Assembly (NCBI GenBank): GCA_963789265.1
Contig: CAWBKB010000005.1
Location: 576,001 to 640,000, forward strand
Origin: an uncultured delta proteobacterium
GTDB taxonomy: Bacteria; Desulfobacterota; Desulfomonilia; Desulfomonilales; Desulfomonilaceae
Length of the DNA: 64,000 nt
Direction: 5' to 3'
Below the pieces are notes generated by a model, which worked only from the letters and a program-made list of their open reading frames with translations, was not told where the DNA came from and ran no database searches. The stretch's first letter is position 1. The number at the start of each line of letters is the position of its first letter. Shown here in pieces: positions 43,703-56,323 of this stretch. The translations under genes and the position numbers were made by a program.

Positions 43703-44219
43703 CGTCCACTCCTTATTTCTTATGGTTCAACTCTTTATCCGCGAACCCTAAGCTTCATCACTTACAAATTTCGCGGTCCGGACGGATTGACCACTACTAT
43801 TATGAAAGACTTTACCTCAATTGAGGAGAGTTTTTGCCGTTTGAACCACGAAGTAAATTAGACGAAACTCTTGCGTGACGTCAACCGCTCTTTTCCTCGC
43901 AGAAGGAGGTATTCGATAGTGAATTATTCGGAAAGTGGCGCTTGGCATCCGGGCACGGCATGGAGGCTGTCTCAAAATTGAAAATCCACCCGAAATCTGT
44001 ACTCCCGGGCTCAGGATTTCTCGTTCCAAGGCTCTGCCTTGGAATCAGAACTCTAGCGACTTTCGTGTCACGGTTTGGACCCGGTCCGCACTTTTGAGAC
44101 AGCCTCCATGCTGTGCTTCTACTTGACATGTCGCGTGCCCGTACTGTGTTAGGAAAAACATGCCTTACTCTCTTTTCGCTGTCATTGATTTTCAATCACA
44201 TGATGGATAAGTTGTGCTC

Positions 44220-45545
44220 ATGAAACCATCCTTATCTACCGAGAAAGCAATTCGAATTATCGAGACATTCGACAACCTGCCTGCCGAACAGCGTTTAGAG
44301 ATTTTCAGGGGGTTATCCCCGAAAGGTCGTGAGGAGCTACTCGAGGTCATTTCACGACCTACTGAAATCATCCGTCATGTATCCGAAGAGGAGACGTTTT
44401 ACACCGTAAAGGCTTTGGGCGAAGAAAACGCTCCTGCTCTCATAGCATTGACCACCGGAAAACAACTGTTGTATTTGCTGGACATGGATCTGTGGAAGAA
44501 AGACATGCTTGATAAATACGCTATAGCGAGATGGCTGGACATAATCTCAAGAATCGGTGAAGAGAAAATGCTACAGTTCGTGCAGGTCGCTGACCCCGAA
44601 CTCATCCTAGCGGCAATGGATCGTTTAGTAAAGGTGAAAATTCGGAATCCGGATATCGACTTCGTAGAAGAGAGTGATTCTCTGCCTACCTTCACACTCG
44701 ACGACATGTTTTTCATCGAGTTTCGAGTGCCGGATGCGGAACAAGTGCTCAAGAGATTTCTGGAGACCATGTTCCAATGGAACTCTCAGTATTACCTCAA
44801 CATGCTGCAGGAATTGGCCGCAGGTTTGCCGACAGAGAATGAGGAAGCAGCCCTGAAATGGCGACGCGCCCGTTTGGCGGATAAAGGTTTTCCTGAGTTT
44901 GAAGAAGCTGTGGAGATATATCACTACTTGCAGCGCGGAGCGGTAAGAGAGCCTTCGGCCGAATGGCAGACGGATGGACCCGAGAATTCGGGACAATCTC
45001 GTCATTTTATCGGCTATCCCTTGAAGGTACTGGACTCAAACAGCCTGTTCAGGAAATGCCTTGACGACATTTCAGATCTGTCGGAGAAAGATCGGTTTGC
45101 CGGAGAGCTTGCTCATCTTTCCAACAAGGTGATGGTGGCTGACGGACGCGATCCTGCTTCTATGGACGATCTCCAGGGTAGCCTGAAAAAGGTGAGCGGC
45201 TACATCAACATAGCCTTGGAAGAAATGACCGGCGATAACGTGTCTGAGGCCCTTGGATTGCTAAGATCCAATCACATGGAAATTCTGTTTCGAAGAGGAT
45301 TTAGCTTGATTCTTGACCTTCGAAAAGATGCGCACCGGTTGGTTAGGAACTATGAGGGGGGAGTCGAAAATCTCGGACACCCGTTAGCGGAACTCTTGAA
45401 GGGCCTTTTCCAGAAAAGGCCAATTTATGCCGGTAACGTGCTAGGCGATAGTAAAGTCAGAGAATTCGAGCAGATTGATGACATCAGAACGATTCGGGAA
45501 ATAATGGATCATGTAGCTCTTGAGGAGACCTGGGAATCTCTTTAG
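44220..45545 (+). CDS. DUF6178-like hypothetical protein
   Basis: LLDMDLW, E.E.AL.WRRARLADKGFP…EA and SNKVMVAD patterns recalled from deltaproteobacterial DUF6178 proteins. Confidence 0.7.
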   Translation: MKPSLSTEKAIRIIETFDNLPAEQRLEIFRGLSPKGREELLEVISRPTEIIRHVSEEETFYTVKALGEENAPALIALTTGKQLLYLLDMDLWKKDMLDKYAIARWLDIISRIGEEKMLQFVQVADPELILAAMDRLVKVKIRNPDIDFVEESDSLPTFTLDDMFFIEFRVPDAEQVLKRFLETMFQWNSQYYLNMLQELAAGLPTENEEAALKWRRARLADKGFPEFEEAVEIYHYLQRGAVREPSAEWQTDGPENSGQSRHFIGYPLKVLDSNSLFRKCLDDISDLSEKDRFAGELAHLSNKVMVADGRDPASMDDLQGSLKKVSGYINIALEEMTGDNVSEALGLLRSNHMEILFRRGFSLILDLRKDAHRLVRNYEGGVENLGHPLAELLKGLFQKRPIYAGNVLGDSKVREFEQIDDIRTIREIMDHVALEETWESL

Positions 45546-45635
45546 ACTCTCATTGAATCTTAAGCGCAACGACTGTTCACAGTACAGAATTTGCCGACGG
45601 GAAGCCACCGCGGTTGAAAGGTCGTGCTGTATCAA

Positions 45636-45767
45636 TTCACTTACGCGTGGCGAAAAATTGTCATTGCGAGCGAAGCGAAGCAATCTCTTCCCCTAAGGAC
45701 TTAGATTGCTTCGTCGTTTCACTCCTCGCAATGACAGGGGTTCGACAATTCCCCCTCGTAAGTGAAT
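45636..45767. repeat. Nested palindromic REP/MITE-like element
   Basis: Outer IR ATTCACTTACG/CGTAAGTGAAT. Inner TGTCATTGCGAG…CTCGCAATGACA and GAAGCAATCT…AGATTGCTTC. Confidence 0.75.
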
Positions 45768-45905
45768 GGTTACGCCGTGCTCGCTTTTCTCACCGGATCA
45801 TCTGCCTATGTTCCGTCGGCTACTTGCAATTTTGGTGTAATTGAGTTACTTTTAAATTCCACCCATCGTATTTCCATAGATGATCAGATTCAGGAGATCA
45901 GAATA

Positions 45906-46346
45906 ATGCAAGGTTTTGAACCTACTATCGTGGCATTTTGTTGTCATTACTGTGCTTACGGCGCGGCTGATCTGGCAGGTAGTATGAGACTGGAATATCC
46001 TCCCAATATCCGCATTATCCGTCTGCCTTGCACCGGCAAAATCACTCCTGTTTTCCTCTTGAGAGCTTTCGAAAAAGGTGCGGACGGAGTCTATGTGGCC
46101 GGATGCCTCGAAGGCGATTGTCATTTCATCCAGGGGAATTTGGTAGCAAAACCGCGGGTGAATTATACTAAGAAACTTATACAAGAAGTCGGCCTCGAAC
46201 CTGAGCGTCTTGAGATGTTTAACATGAGTGCGGCAATGGGTCCGAGGTTTGCCGAGGTGGCCCGAGAATTTACAGAGCGCATCAAGAATCTAGGCCCTAG
46301 TCCCATCAACAAGAAATACCGCAACCTCAAAAATGAGGCAGCATAA
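45906..46346 (+). CDS. mvhD: Methyl-viologen-reducing hydrogenase delta subunit-like [2Fe-2S] protein
   Basis: FCCHYCAY.AAD, PCTGK, GADGV.VAGC..GDCH and LGPSP motifs. Confidence 0.93.
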   Translation: MQGFEPTIVAFCCHYCAYGAADLAGSMRLEYPPNIRIIRLPCTGKITPVFLLRAFEKGADGVYVAGCLEGDCHFIQGNLVAKPRVNYTKKLIQEVGLEPERLEMFNMSAAMGPRFAEVAREFTERIKNLGPSPINKKYRNLKNEAA

Positions 46347-46390
46347 CCCGGTTCAGGCTTTTTTCAGCAACGTCCTTCTGGAGGCACAAA

Positions 46391-47059
46391 ATGGTTGTAG
46401 GTGAGAGAAAACCCTTCGACGAAATTACCAAGATGTTGGAGGGGCACAAGAAAATCATGGTACTCGGCTGCGGCGGATGTGTCACCGTGTGTTTGACCGG
46501 TGGGCATGACGAGGTCCGTGTTCTGTCGAGCCAACTTAGAATGGCCCGCGACAAGCAAGATAATCCTATAGAGATAATAGAAAAGACCGTGGAGCGGCAG
46601 TGTGACCCCGAGTATGTTGAGGAGGCTCACGCGATCGTTCCCGACGTGGACGCGGTCCTTTCTATGGCCTGTGGAGCCGGCGTGCAGTTCATGGCCGAAA
46701 GATATACTACTACCCCGGTTTACCCGGCATTGAACACCACCTTTGTTGGCGGCTCAAAGAAAGAGGGCTACTACGTCGAGCGTTGCCAAACCTGCGGCGA
46801 GTGCAAGCTTTATTACACCGGAGGGATTTGCCCTATTACCAGGTGCTCCAAGAGCCTATTAAACGGTCCGTGCGGTGGGTCCACCAAGGGTAAGTGTGAA
46901 ATTGACCCCGACGTTGATTGCGGGTGGCAGCTTATAATTGACCGGCTCAAATCATTAGGACTGATGGACCGATATGAAGAGATTATGATGGTCAACGATT
47001 GGAGAACCAATAGGGACGGCGGACCCCGCAAAATGGTGAGGGAGGACTTTCAAAGATGA
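46391..47059 (+). CDS. metV: Methylene-THF reductase Fe-S/Zn subunit
   Basis: GCGGC…C, RQC, ACGAG and C..CG.C…CP…CSKSLLNGPCGG motifs. Confidence 0.9.
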   Translation: MVVGERKPFDEITKMLEGHKKIMVLGCGGCVTVCLTGGHDEVRVLSSQLRMARDKQDNPIEIIEKTVERQCDPEYVEEAHAIVPDVDAVLSMACGAGVQFMAERYTTTPVYPALNTTFVGGSKKEGYYVERCQTCGECKLYYTGGICPITRCSKSLLNGPCGGSTKGKCEIDPDVDCGWQLIIDRLKSLGLMDRYEEIMMVNDWRTNRDGGPRKMVREDFQR

Positions 47060-47991
47060 GCGGCGAGTGTAAAACCGAAAGCAGGCTCGAAAAGATACTG
47101 AGATCCGGGAAGTTTGCCGTCACTGGCGAATGCGGTCCGCCTCGTGGAGCCGACCCCGAAGTTATCCGCAAGAAGTGCGGGCTACTCAAGAACAATGCGG
47201 ATGCTTTCAACATCACGGACAATCAGACTTCCGTGGTCAGAATGTCTTCCATAGCTTCTGCCGTGATTATGATGCAGGAAGGACTGGAACCGGTGATGCA
47301 AATGGTCTGCCGCGACCGGAACAGGATAGCAATTCAGAGCGACATCCTTGGCGGATCGGCACTAGGCATCAAGAACATGCTTTGTCTGTCGGGGGACCAC
47401 CAGAAATTCGGTGATCATCCGCAGGCCAAGAACGTCTTTGACATAGATTCCATTCAGCTTATTCGGACGGTTCGCGGAATGCGAGACGACGGTAAATTCC
47501 TTGGGGGCGAAGAGATAAAGGGCGTTCCCAAGCTTTTCATCGGAGCTGCGGCGAATCCCTTCGTGGACCCGTTCGAGATTCGTGTACCCCGCCTGGCCAA
47601 GAAAGTCGCGGCCGGCGTAGAGTTTATTCAAACACAGTGCATCTTTAATATGAACAAGTTCCGTGAGTGGATGAAAGGCATCGTGGATCGAGGGCTCCAT
47701 GAAAAGGTTTTCATACTCGGAGGCGTGACGCCGTTCAAATCGTTCGGAATGGCCAGGTACATGGCTAACAACGTACCGGGTATGGACGTTCCTGACGAGC
47801 TCCTCAAACGAATGAAAGATACTCCAAAGGAGAAGCAGGCTGAAGAAGGCATCACCATAGCGGTGGAGACAATAAAGCAGCTTCAGGAGACACCCGGAGT
47901 TGCCGGAGTCCATATTATGGCAATTGAGTGGGAACAAAAGGTGGGGGAAATAGCGGAAAAAGCCGGCTTGCTGCCGCGCCCGTCCGTGTAG
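47056..47991 (+). CDS. metF: 5,10-methylenetetrahydrofolate reductase
   Basis: E..PP, NITDN, CRDRNR, LSGD, FIQTQ and GVHIM motifs. Confidence 0.94.
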   Translation: MSGECKTESRLEKILRSGKFAVTGECGPPRGADPEVIRKKCGLLKNNADAFNITDNQTSVVRMSSIASAVIMMQEGLEPVMQMVCRDRNRIAIQSDILGGSALGIKNMLCLSGDHQKFGDHPQAKNVFDIDSIQLIRTVRGMRDDGKFLGGEEIKGVPKLFIGAAANPFVDPFEIRVPRLAKKVAAGVEFIQTQCIFNMNKFREWMKGIVDRGLHEKVFILGGVTPFKSFGMARYMANNVPGMDVPDELLKRMKDTPKEKQAEEGITIAVETIKQLQETPGVAGVHIMAIEWEQKVGEIAEKAGLLPRPSV

Positions 47992-48018
47992 GATCTGTAC
48001 AAAGTGATGGAAGAGCCA

Positions 48019-48046
48019 GGGGCGTCATCGACGCCCCTTTTTATTT
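48019..48046 (+). terminator. Rho-independent terminator between metF and gyrB
   Basis: GGGGCGTC-atc-GACGCCCC followed by TTTTTATTT. Confidence 0.85.
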
Positions 48047-48064
48047 CCTTGGAACAATAAACAA

Positions 48065-50532
<2,468 letters not shown>

Positions 50533-51630
50533 TTACCTGCGCATAGGCATTACCAGATTAAAGTAGTCTTTAACGGGCTCCGGGCGGATCACAAGCGGGG
50601 CCCCTTCCTGGTGGAATTCGAGAGATACCATGTCTGTGTCCACAACGCTCAATGCTTCTATCAAGTAGCCTACGTTTACAATTATGGTGAATTCTTCGCC
50701 CTGGTATTCGACCTCGACAGTATCTCGTGCAGGACCTAGATCGGGATGAGTCGCGGTCAATTCCACCTTTCCGGGATTCACGCAAACATCCACTCCCTTG
50801 TTTCGATCCGACGTCAGGATGGCTACTCTTCTCAGGGACTGCAACACTTTTTGACGATTAGCTTTGATCACTTTATCTCCAGGTTCAGGGATCACTTTGC
50901 GGTAGTCAGGGTAATCTCCTTCGATGAGACGTACCGTCATCATCAAACGCTCCGTCTTAAGAAACATGTTCTTCTCGTCAAAACCTACAGACACATCGCC
51001 CTTGAGATTTTCCAACACCCGTCTCAATTCCAAGAGTCCCTTTTTGGGGACCAGAATTGACGATTTAAGGGGGACTTTCACCTCCTCAGTAATCAAGGCC
51101 AGCCGGTGCCCGTCCGTCGAGACAAGTCGAGTTTTGTCAGCGTCCTCTTCAAATAGCACCCCGTTGAGATTGAATCTCGAATCGTCACTTGAAGACGCGA
51201 ACAGCGTTTTGTCAATCATATAGAGTAGCTTTTCGGCCGGAATGGAAACCATTTCAATTTCATCAAATGACGTCCAAACAGGATAATCCGCTGCATCCAT
51301 GCCAGCCAATTCGAATACACTTTCGCCCGAAACGATCTTGATCCGCTTGGATTCAGTTCCTTGCACGCTTATCTGTCCCGGAGCCAACTCTCTGACGATC
51401 TCGAAAATCTTTCGAGCCGGAACTGTAAGTGAACCGAATTCCTTACTTACATAAGTATAGGACATTTGCAGACCAACTTCCAGGTCTGTAGCTGTAATTA
51501 TTAATCGTTCGGAATCCGTAGCGTCGACGAGGAGGTGGGACAAGATCGGCAAAGTCGATCTCTTCTCAGTTATTGGAACGGTTTTTGAGAGCCCTTCGAG
51601 AAAGGAATCGCGCTCTATTTCAAAGAACAT
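50533..51630 (-). CDS. dnaN: DNA polymerase III beta clamp
   Basis: LPILS, ATDLE, STDGHRL, RLIEGDYP and VMPMR motifs. RBS AAGGAG. Confidence 0.96.
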   Translation of the reverse strand: MFFEIERDSFLEGLSKTVPITEKRSTLPILSHLLVDATDSERLIITATDLEVGLQMSYTYVSKEFGSLTVPARKIFEIVRELAPGQISVQGTESKRIKIVSGESVFELAGMDAADYPVWTSFDEIEMVSIPAEKLLYMIDKTLFASSSDDSRFNLNGVLFEEDADKTRLVSTDGHRLALITEEVKVPLKSSILVPKKGLLELRRVLENLKGDVSVGFDEKNMFLKTERLMMTVRLIEGDYPDYRKVIPEPGDKVIKANRQKVLQSLRRVAILTSDRNKGVDVCVNPGKVELTATHPDLGPARDTVEVEYQGEEFTIIVNVGYLIEALSVVDTDMVSLEFHQEGAPLVIRPEPVKDYFNLVMPMRR

Positions 51631-51639
51631 AAGAATCTC

Positions 51640-51853
51640 CTTGACTCTTCTAGAGAGATAGAAAGATTTAGAAAGCAAGTAGTCTGAGTAGTAGTTGTGA
51701 ATTTGTTAATAGATCGACTAAACTTGCTTTTACAGCCGCGGAAGCCTGTTGAATAATAGTGGATGAACAGGCGGCCGAATCGTGGATAACCTCGAACTGA
51801 TAAGTTGCTCAGACTCTTTAAACAGGTTTTCCACATAGAAGTTACCACAGTTG
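51640..51853. other. Probable oriC (dnaA-dnaN intergenic)
   Basis: DnaA-box-like TTTTCCACA (~51827), CGTGGATAA (51781), GTGGATGAA (~51759), GTTGAATAA (~51748) and TGTGAATTT (~51696). TAG-rich DnaA-trio-like tract next to the last box (~51650-51695). Confidence 0.8.
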
Positions 51854-53204
51854 TCACTCCCTGATATCTTTCTTAAGTCCTTCGATCAGATTCTTCAGAG
51901 AATGGTCCTGTTCGAGTTTTCTTTCAATTTTCCTGGTAGCATAAATAACCGTGGAGTGATCTTTGCCTCCAAATGCCGCACCTATTTCCGGGTACGAAAA
52001 CTCCGTGAGACCCCGGGCGATGTACATGCCGACCTGCCGAGGGAGAAGCGTACAGCTTATGCTTTTTCCTGGATTTTATATCTGAGGGCTTGACGTTGAA
52101 TGCTTTTGCCACTCTGGAAATTATGTCGTCGATGGTGATATTCTTGGTATGCCGCCTTAAAATGTCCCTGAGGGCGGTTTCTGCCAGACTCCTCGTAAGC
52201 GGGATGCCCCTGAGTGTACTCATTGCAATGACGCGTATGAGATAACCAACTAGATCTCTTACGTTCGATTCCACCGCCTCTGCAAGAAAATAAGCAACCT
52301 CGTCCGGGAGATCCACGGAATCTTCGTAGGCCTTTCTCTTTAAGATGGCAACCTTGGTTTCCAAGTCCGGCGCGCCCATATCAGCAACCAGGCCCCAAAT
52401 AAATCTGGACCGTAACCTATGCTCCATATCGGAAATTTCATTGGGAAATCTGTCAGAGGTCAGAACAATCTGCTTTCTCGCCTCATAAATGCTGTTGAAA
52501 GTATGAAAAAATTCTTCCTGAGTTCGTTCTTTGCCAGCCAGAAACTGGATATCGTCGATCATCAGGAGATCTACGTTTCTGTATTTATTACGAAAATCCA
52601 CCATGCGGTCAAAGCGGATTGCATTGATCATCTCATTAGTGAATTCTTCAGAGGTGCTGAATGACACCCTCTTGGTCTTATCCTTGGATAGAACCGCATA
52701 ACCGATGGCGCTCATCAGATGGGTCTTTCCGAGTCCGGTTCCGCCATATATAAATAGAGGATTGTAGCTCGTCCCCGGGTTTTCAGAAACAGATAACGCT
52801 GCCGCGTGAGCAAACTGATTGCAACCTCCTACAACGAAGCTCTCAAAGGTATAACGAGGGTTTAAGTTCCGTTTCAAAGCGAATTCGTCGGTCATGCTCA
52901 GGAACTCCGGCAGCACGTCATAGTCGCTTTGCTGGGCGGCTGTGTCCAAGGTCGCATTCCCGAAATCGTCGCGGGATCTGAAATTCATTTCGTACCTTGT
53001 GCCGGTTACCTCGAGAAGGGAATCCCGTATTATCTTGACATAATTATCTTTAATCCACCCAATAAAGAAATTATTGGGAACGGATAGAACTACTTGCCCC
53101 TCCGATATGTCTTCACAAATTATAGGTTCGAGCCAGGTGGACATGGTATGATCATTCACCCTGGTTCGAAGCAACTCGATGCAGCGTATCCAGATATTAT
53201 TCAT
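51854..53204 (-). CDS. dnaA: Chromosomal replication initiator DnaA (frameshift near 52045)
   Basis: [31 protein letters not shown] and RLRSRF. Domain IV (RQVGMY…[13 protein letters not shown]) is in the shifted frame, ending TGA at 51854. Confidence 0.97.
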
Positions 53205-53268
53205 GTAAAAAAAACAATATTTTTAATATGATAGTTGTGTTAAAGAGTAGCACGGGGGGGTTGGGATT

Positions 53269-54168
53269 TCAAGCAAAATCTTCGTGATACCCCATAGCCT
53301 CCAACAGACGCTCAAGCTCCTCTTTCGAGTGGAAGGCAATCTCCAACGTTCCTGATTTATTACTTTTATTTCGTATGACCACTCTTGTAGAGAAGTGACG
53401 CGAGAGCTTCATTTCTAAGGCCGCTAAATCGGGATCTTTCGGAGCCGTGCTCGTTGAACCGGCTTGCTGTTTATTTTTGAAGTTCTGAACAATTCGCTCC
53501 AGTTCCCGAACTGAGAGTTTACGCTTGATAATTTTCGAGGAAAGATTCAACTGAGTGGGCAAGTGATCCACAGCCAAGAGAGTCCTGGCGTGGCCCATGG
53601 AAAGCCGGTCTTCTCGAAGGTGTTCCTTGATCGGTTCCGGTAATTTTAATAGCCTGAGATGATTAGTAATATTAGACCTGTCTTTGCCGATCCTCTGAGC
53701 GAGGATTTCGTGAGTGTAAGAAAATTTATTAATAAGCGTATTGTACGCCTCGGCTGTGTCAAGGGGATTAAGGTCCTCTCTCTGAAGATTCTCTATGAGC
53801 GCTATTTCCAATGATTCCGCATCCGATATGGTCCGCACTATAACCGGAATTTTGAAGAACCCAGCCTTCTTCGCGGCACGCCATCGCCTCTCACCTGCGA
53901 CGATCTCATATTCCCTCTCAGAGATGAAACGTACAATTAAAGGTTGAATTACACCCATCTCTTTTATTGAATTGCTCAAGTCTGCAAGGGACTCTTCAGA
54001 GAAGTACCTTCTGGGCTGATGTGGATTAGGACGGAGGGAATCTATGGAAAGATGTTTGATACCAGCTTCCTGCAGGCTGGTCCCTGCCGGTTCGTCCAAA
54101 GGGATTAGAGCGTCAAGACCTTGTCCCAATGCCGTACGCTTTTTGACCGCTTCCAACGTCTTCAACAT
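53269..54168 (-). CDS. parB: Chromosome partitioning protein ParB
   Basis: LGQGLDAL, NPHQPR, GERRWRA, ENLQR and GHARTL motifs. Confidence 0.96.
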   Translation of the reverse strand: MLKTLEAVKKRTALGQGLDALIPLDEPAGTSLQEAGIKHLSIDSLRPNPHQPRRYFSEESLADLSNSIKEMGVIQPLIVRFISEREYEIVAGERRWRAAKKAGFFKIPVIVRTISDAESLEIALIENLQREDLNPLDTAEAYNTLINKFSYTHEILAQRIGKDRSNITNHLRLLKLPEPIKEHLREDRLSMGHARTLLAVDHLPTQLNLSSKIIKRKLSVRELERIVQNFKNKQQAGSTSTAPKDPDLAALEMKLSRHFSTRVVIRNKSNKSGTLEIAFHSKEELERLLEAMGYHEDFA

Positions 54169-54919
54169 CCATAATCTCCTTTGAAAGTGAAAGATAACCG
54201 ACCGCTCCACGTGACGTGATATCGTATAAAACCACAGGCTTGCCAAAACTGGGCGACTCCGAGAGCTTCACGTTCCGCGGTATCACTGTGTTAAATACTT
54301 GAGATCGCAAATTTTTTCTTACATCCTCCACCACCTGATGACTGAGATTATTTCTCGGATCGAACATGGTGAGAAGAAACCCTTCTATCCGAAGGGACTG
54401 GTTAAAGTTGGATTGGATCCTCTTAATAGTTTTTAGTAGATTACCGACTCCCTCCAAGGCATAGTACTCGCACTGAATAGGAACCAGGACGGAATTGGCT
54501 GCCACCAAAGCATTCAGAGTCAAAAACCCCAAGGACGGCGGACAATCGATGAACACGTAGTCATAAGAATATCTTATTGACTCAATGGCCGATAGTAGCA
54601 TTCGTTCTCGGGCCGGCAGCGAGATGAATTCCACTTCAGCCCCGATAAGATCCTGAGATGAAGGGAACAAATCCAAATATTCCAATGCCGTACGTTTCAC
54701 GACCTGTTGGCAATTATGCCTCGATATAAGTAGTTCGTACACCGAAGGTTCCCCTGGAGAAAGGCGGATGCCCATCCCACTGGATGCGTTCGCCTGCGGA
54801 TCCAAGTCAATCAGCAGAGTCCGGCGTTCGGCGAGCGCTAGACAGGACGCCAAATTGACCGAAGTAGTGGTCTTACCGACCCCTCCTTTTTGATTACAAA
54901 CACATATTACGCGTCCCAT
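54113..54919 (-). CDS. parA: Chromosome partitioning ATPase ParA/Soj
   Basis: NQKGGVGKTT, DLDPQAN, DCPPSLG and PRNV.LSESPS motifs. Confidence 0.97.
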   Translation of the reverse strand: MGRVICVCNQKGGVGKTTTSVNLASCLALAERRTLLIDLDPQANASSGMGIRLSPGEPSVYELLISRHNCQQVVKRTALEYLDLFPSSQDLIGAEVEFISLPARERMLLSAIESIRYSYDYVFIDCPPSLGFLTLNALVAANSVLVPIQCEYYALEGVGNLLKTIKRIQSNFNQSLRIEGFLLTMFDPRNNLSHQVVEDVRKNLRSQVFNTVIPRNVKLSESPSFGKPVVLYDITSRGAVGYLSLSKEIMDVEDVGSGQKAYGIGTRS

Positions 54920-54929
54920 TGGCCTTAAC

Positions 54930-54945
54930 CCACAACATGTAGTAT
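54930..54945. promoter_or_regulatory. NrdR-box-like site upstream of parA
   Basis: ccaCaAcATgTaGtat versus consensus acaCwAtATaTwGtgt, 11 bp from the parA ATG. Confidence 0.55.
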
Positions 54946-55090
54946 CTAAATTCCTGCGTGACCCTCATACCATAAAACGATCCGAGCACCAACGCAAATT
55001 ATCAGCCATCCGGTGAAAAAAACCACAGATTTTGTTTTGCCGATAGATATGTCTACAAAAGACCTAATACCAAAGGCTTATTATGACAGG

Positions 55091-55753
55091 TTACCTGATT
55101 CTCGTGTAACGCACGACCGACCGAAAACTGTTCGAAAAAGGGAGAAAGCCCTCCCAACGGGACGATTCCTGAAAATTCTTTAAATGCAAAGTTTTCCTCA
55201 CTGACCCGGGACCGGCCATCCGTATTAGTGAACCTCCGAGAGGGAGCAAAAGGTGAACAGCATTCAAGAGGTTGGAATCAGAAGAGAAAGCTCGCGAAAT
55301 CGCCAAATCGAAAGACCCGGTGAAAGATCCGTCCAGTAGCTCTTGGAGTTGAAAATTCAGGAAGCGTACCCCGGAAAAATTCAATTCTCTGGCCAGATAC
55401 TTAAGGAATACGATCTTTTTTGGGTTGCGATCCAGCACTGTCAGTTCAATAGACTCTTCCACGGTGCGCATAACAATCCCGGGAAATCCGGCTCCACTGC
55501 CGATATCCAGAACACTGAGTCTGCAACTTCGCGGAACCACTTTAAAAACTGTCAGCGAATCAAGGAAATGGAAGACTACAATATCTCGTGGTTCGTTCAA
55601 AGCGGTCAGGTTTACACGGGAACCCCAATCTACCAAAAGTTCCATGTGTCTAATCATTTGAGAAACAACGTCGTCCGAGACAGAGATTCCCAGAAGGCTG
55701 CAACCTTCCTTGATAATGTACTCGGGATTAAGGGGTAGAAAGCGTCGAGTCAT
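55091..55753 (-). CDS. rsmG: 16S rRNA m7G527 methyltransferase
   Basis: NLTA, HFLDS, DIGSGAGFPG and SRAF motifs. Confidence 0.93.
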   Translation of the reverse strand: MTRRFLPLNPEYIIKEGCSLLGISVSDDVVSQMIRHMELLVDWGSRVNLTALNEPRDIVVFHFLDSLTVFKVVPRSCRLSVLDIGSGAGFPGIVMRTVEESIELTVLDRNPKKIVFLKYLARELNFSGVRFLNFQLQELLDGSFTGSFDLAISRAFSSDSNLLNAVHLLLPLGGSLIRMAGPGSVRKTLHLKNFQESSRWEGFLPFSNSFRSVVRYTRIR

Positions 55754-56054
55754 CTATCCACTGGAGGTACTCAGGCAAACCGTGTTCAATATTCATGGCG
55801 ATTATTTCCGGGACTTCATACGGGTGAAGCTCTTTGATAGTCGTCTGTAATTTATCGAACATGTTGAGCCGAGTTTTTATAATCAAGAGTCTTTCTTTTT
55901 CGTCACACACTTTGCCTTTCCAAGAATAAATAGATTGTATTTCCGGTATGATATTAACGCAGGCAGCCAACTTCTTCTCGACCAAAGTCCGGGCGATATT
56001 TATGGCTTTGCTCGGATCGTCAATGGTAACAAGGCACACGATGTAGGGACCCAT
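55728..56054 (-). CDS. cutA: Divalent cation tolerance protein CutA
   Basis: LAACVN, SIYSWKG and HPYEVPEI motifs. Confidence 0.93.
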   Translation of the reverse strand: MGPYIVCLVTIDDPSKAINIARTLVEKKLAACVNIIPEIQSIYSWKGKVCDEKERLLIIKTRLNMFDKLQTTIKELHPYEVPEIIAMNIEHGLPEYLQWIDDSTLSTP

Positions 56055-56079
56055 ATTCACTCCATATTGTGCTTTTTTG

Positions 56080-56108
56080 TTGACAAACCACAATACCTTG
56101 TATATTCT
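56080..56108 (+). promoter_or_regulatory. Sigma70 promoter towards carD
   Basis: TTGACA-N17-TATTCT. Confidence 0.6.
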
Positions 56109-56323
56109 CCCCCCCGTCAATGAGATCTGGCACGGCCCGATCCAGGACAAGGATGGTGGGATTCTATCTTCTTCCCCGAATAAACTCAAGCCGCACAAAT
56201 AGGGGTCATGGTTCTTTGAGCATAAAATCAACTTTTTATTCGATCACTTAGAAAGGGGGCCCATAGATCACTGAGTGACGCCGATCCATCTAATTGCGCG
56301 ATGCTAAGAAGGGAGCCGTGGAA

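Noticed and set aside
45906..46346. Selenocysteine in MvhD
   Set aside because: All relevant positions are Cys codons and there is no in-frame TGA.
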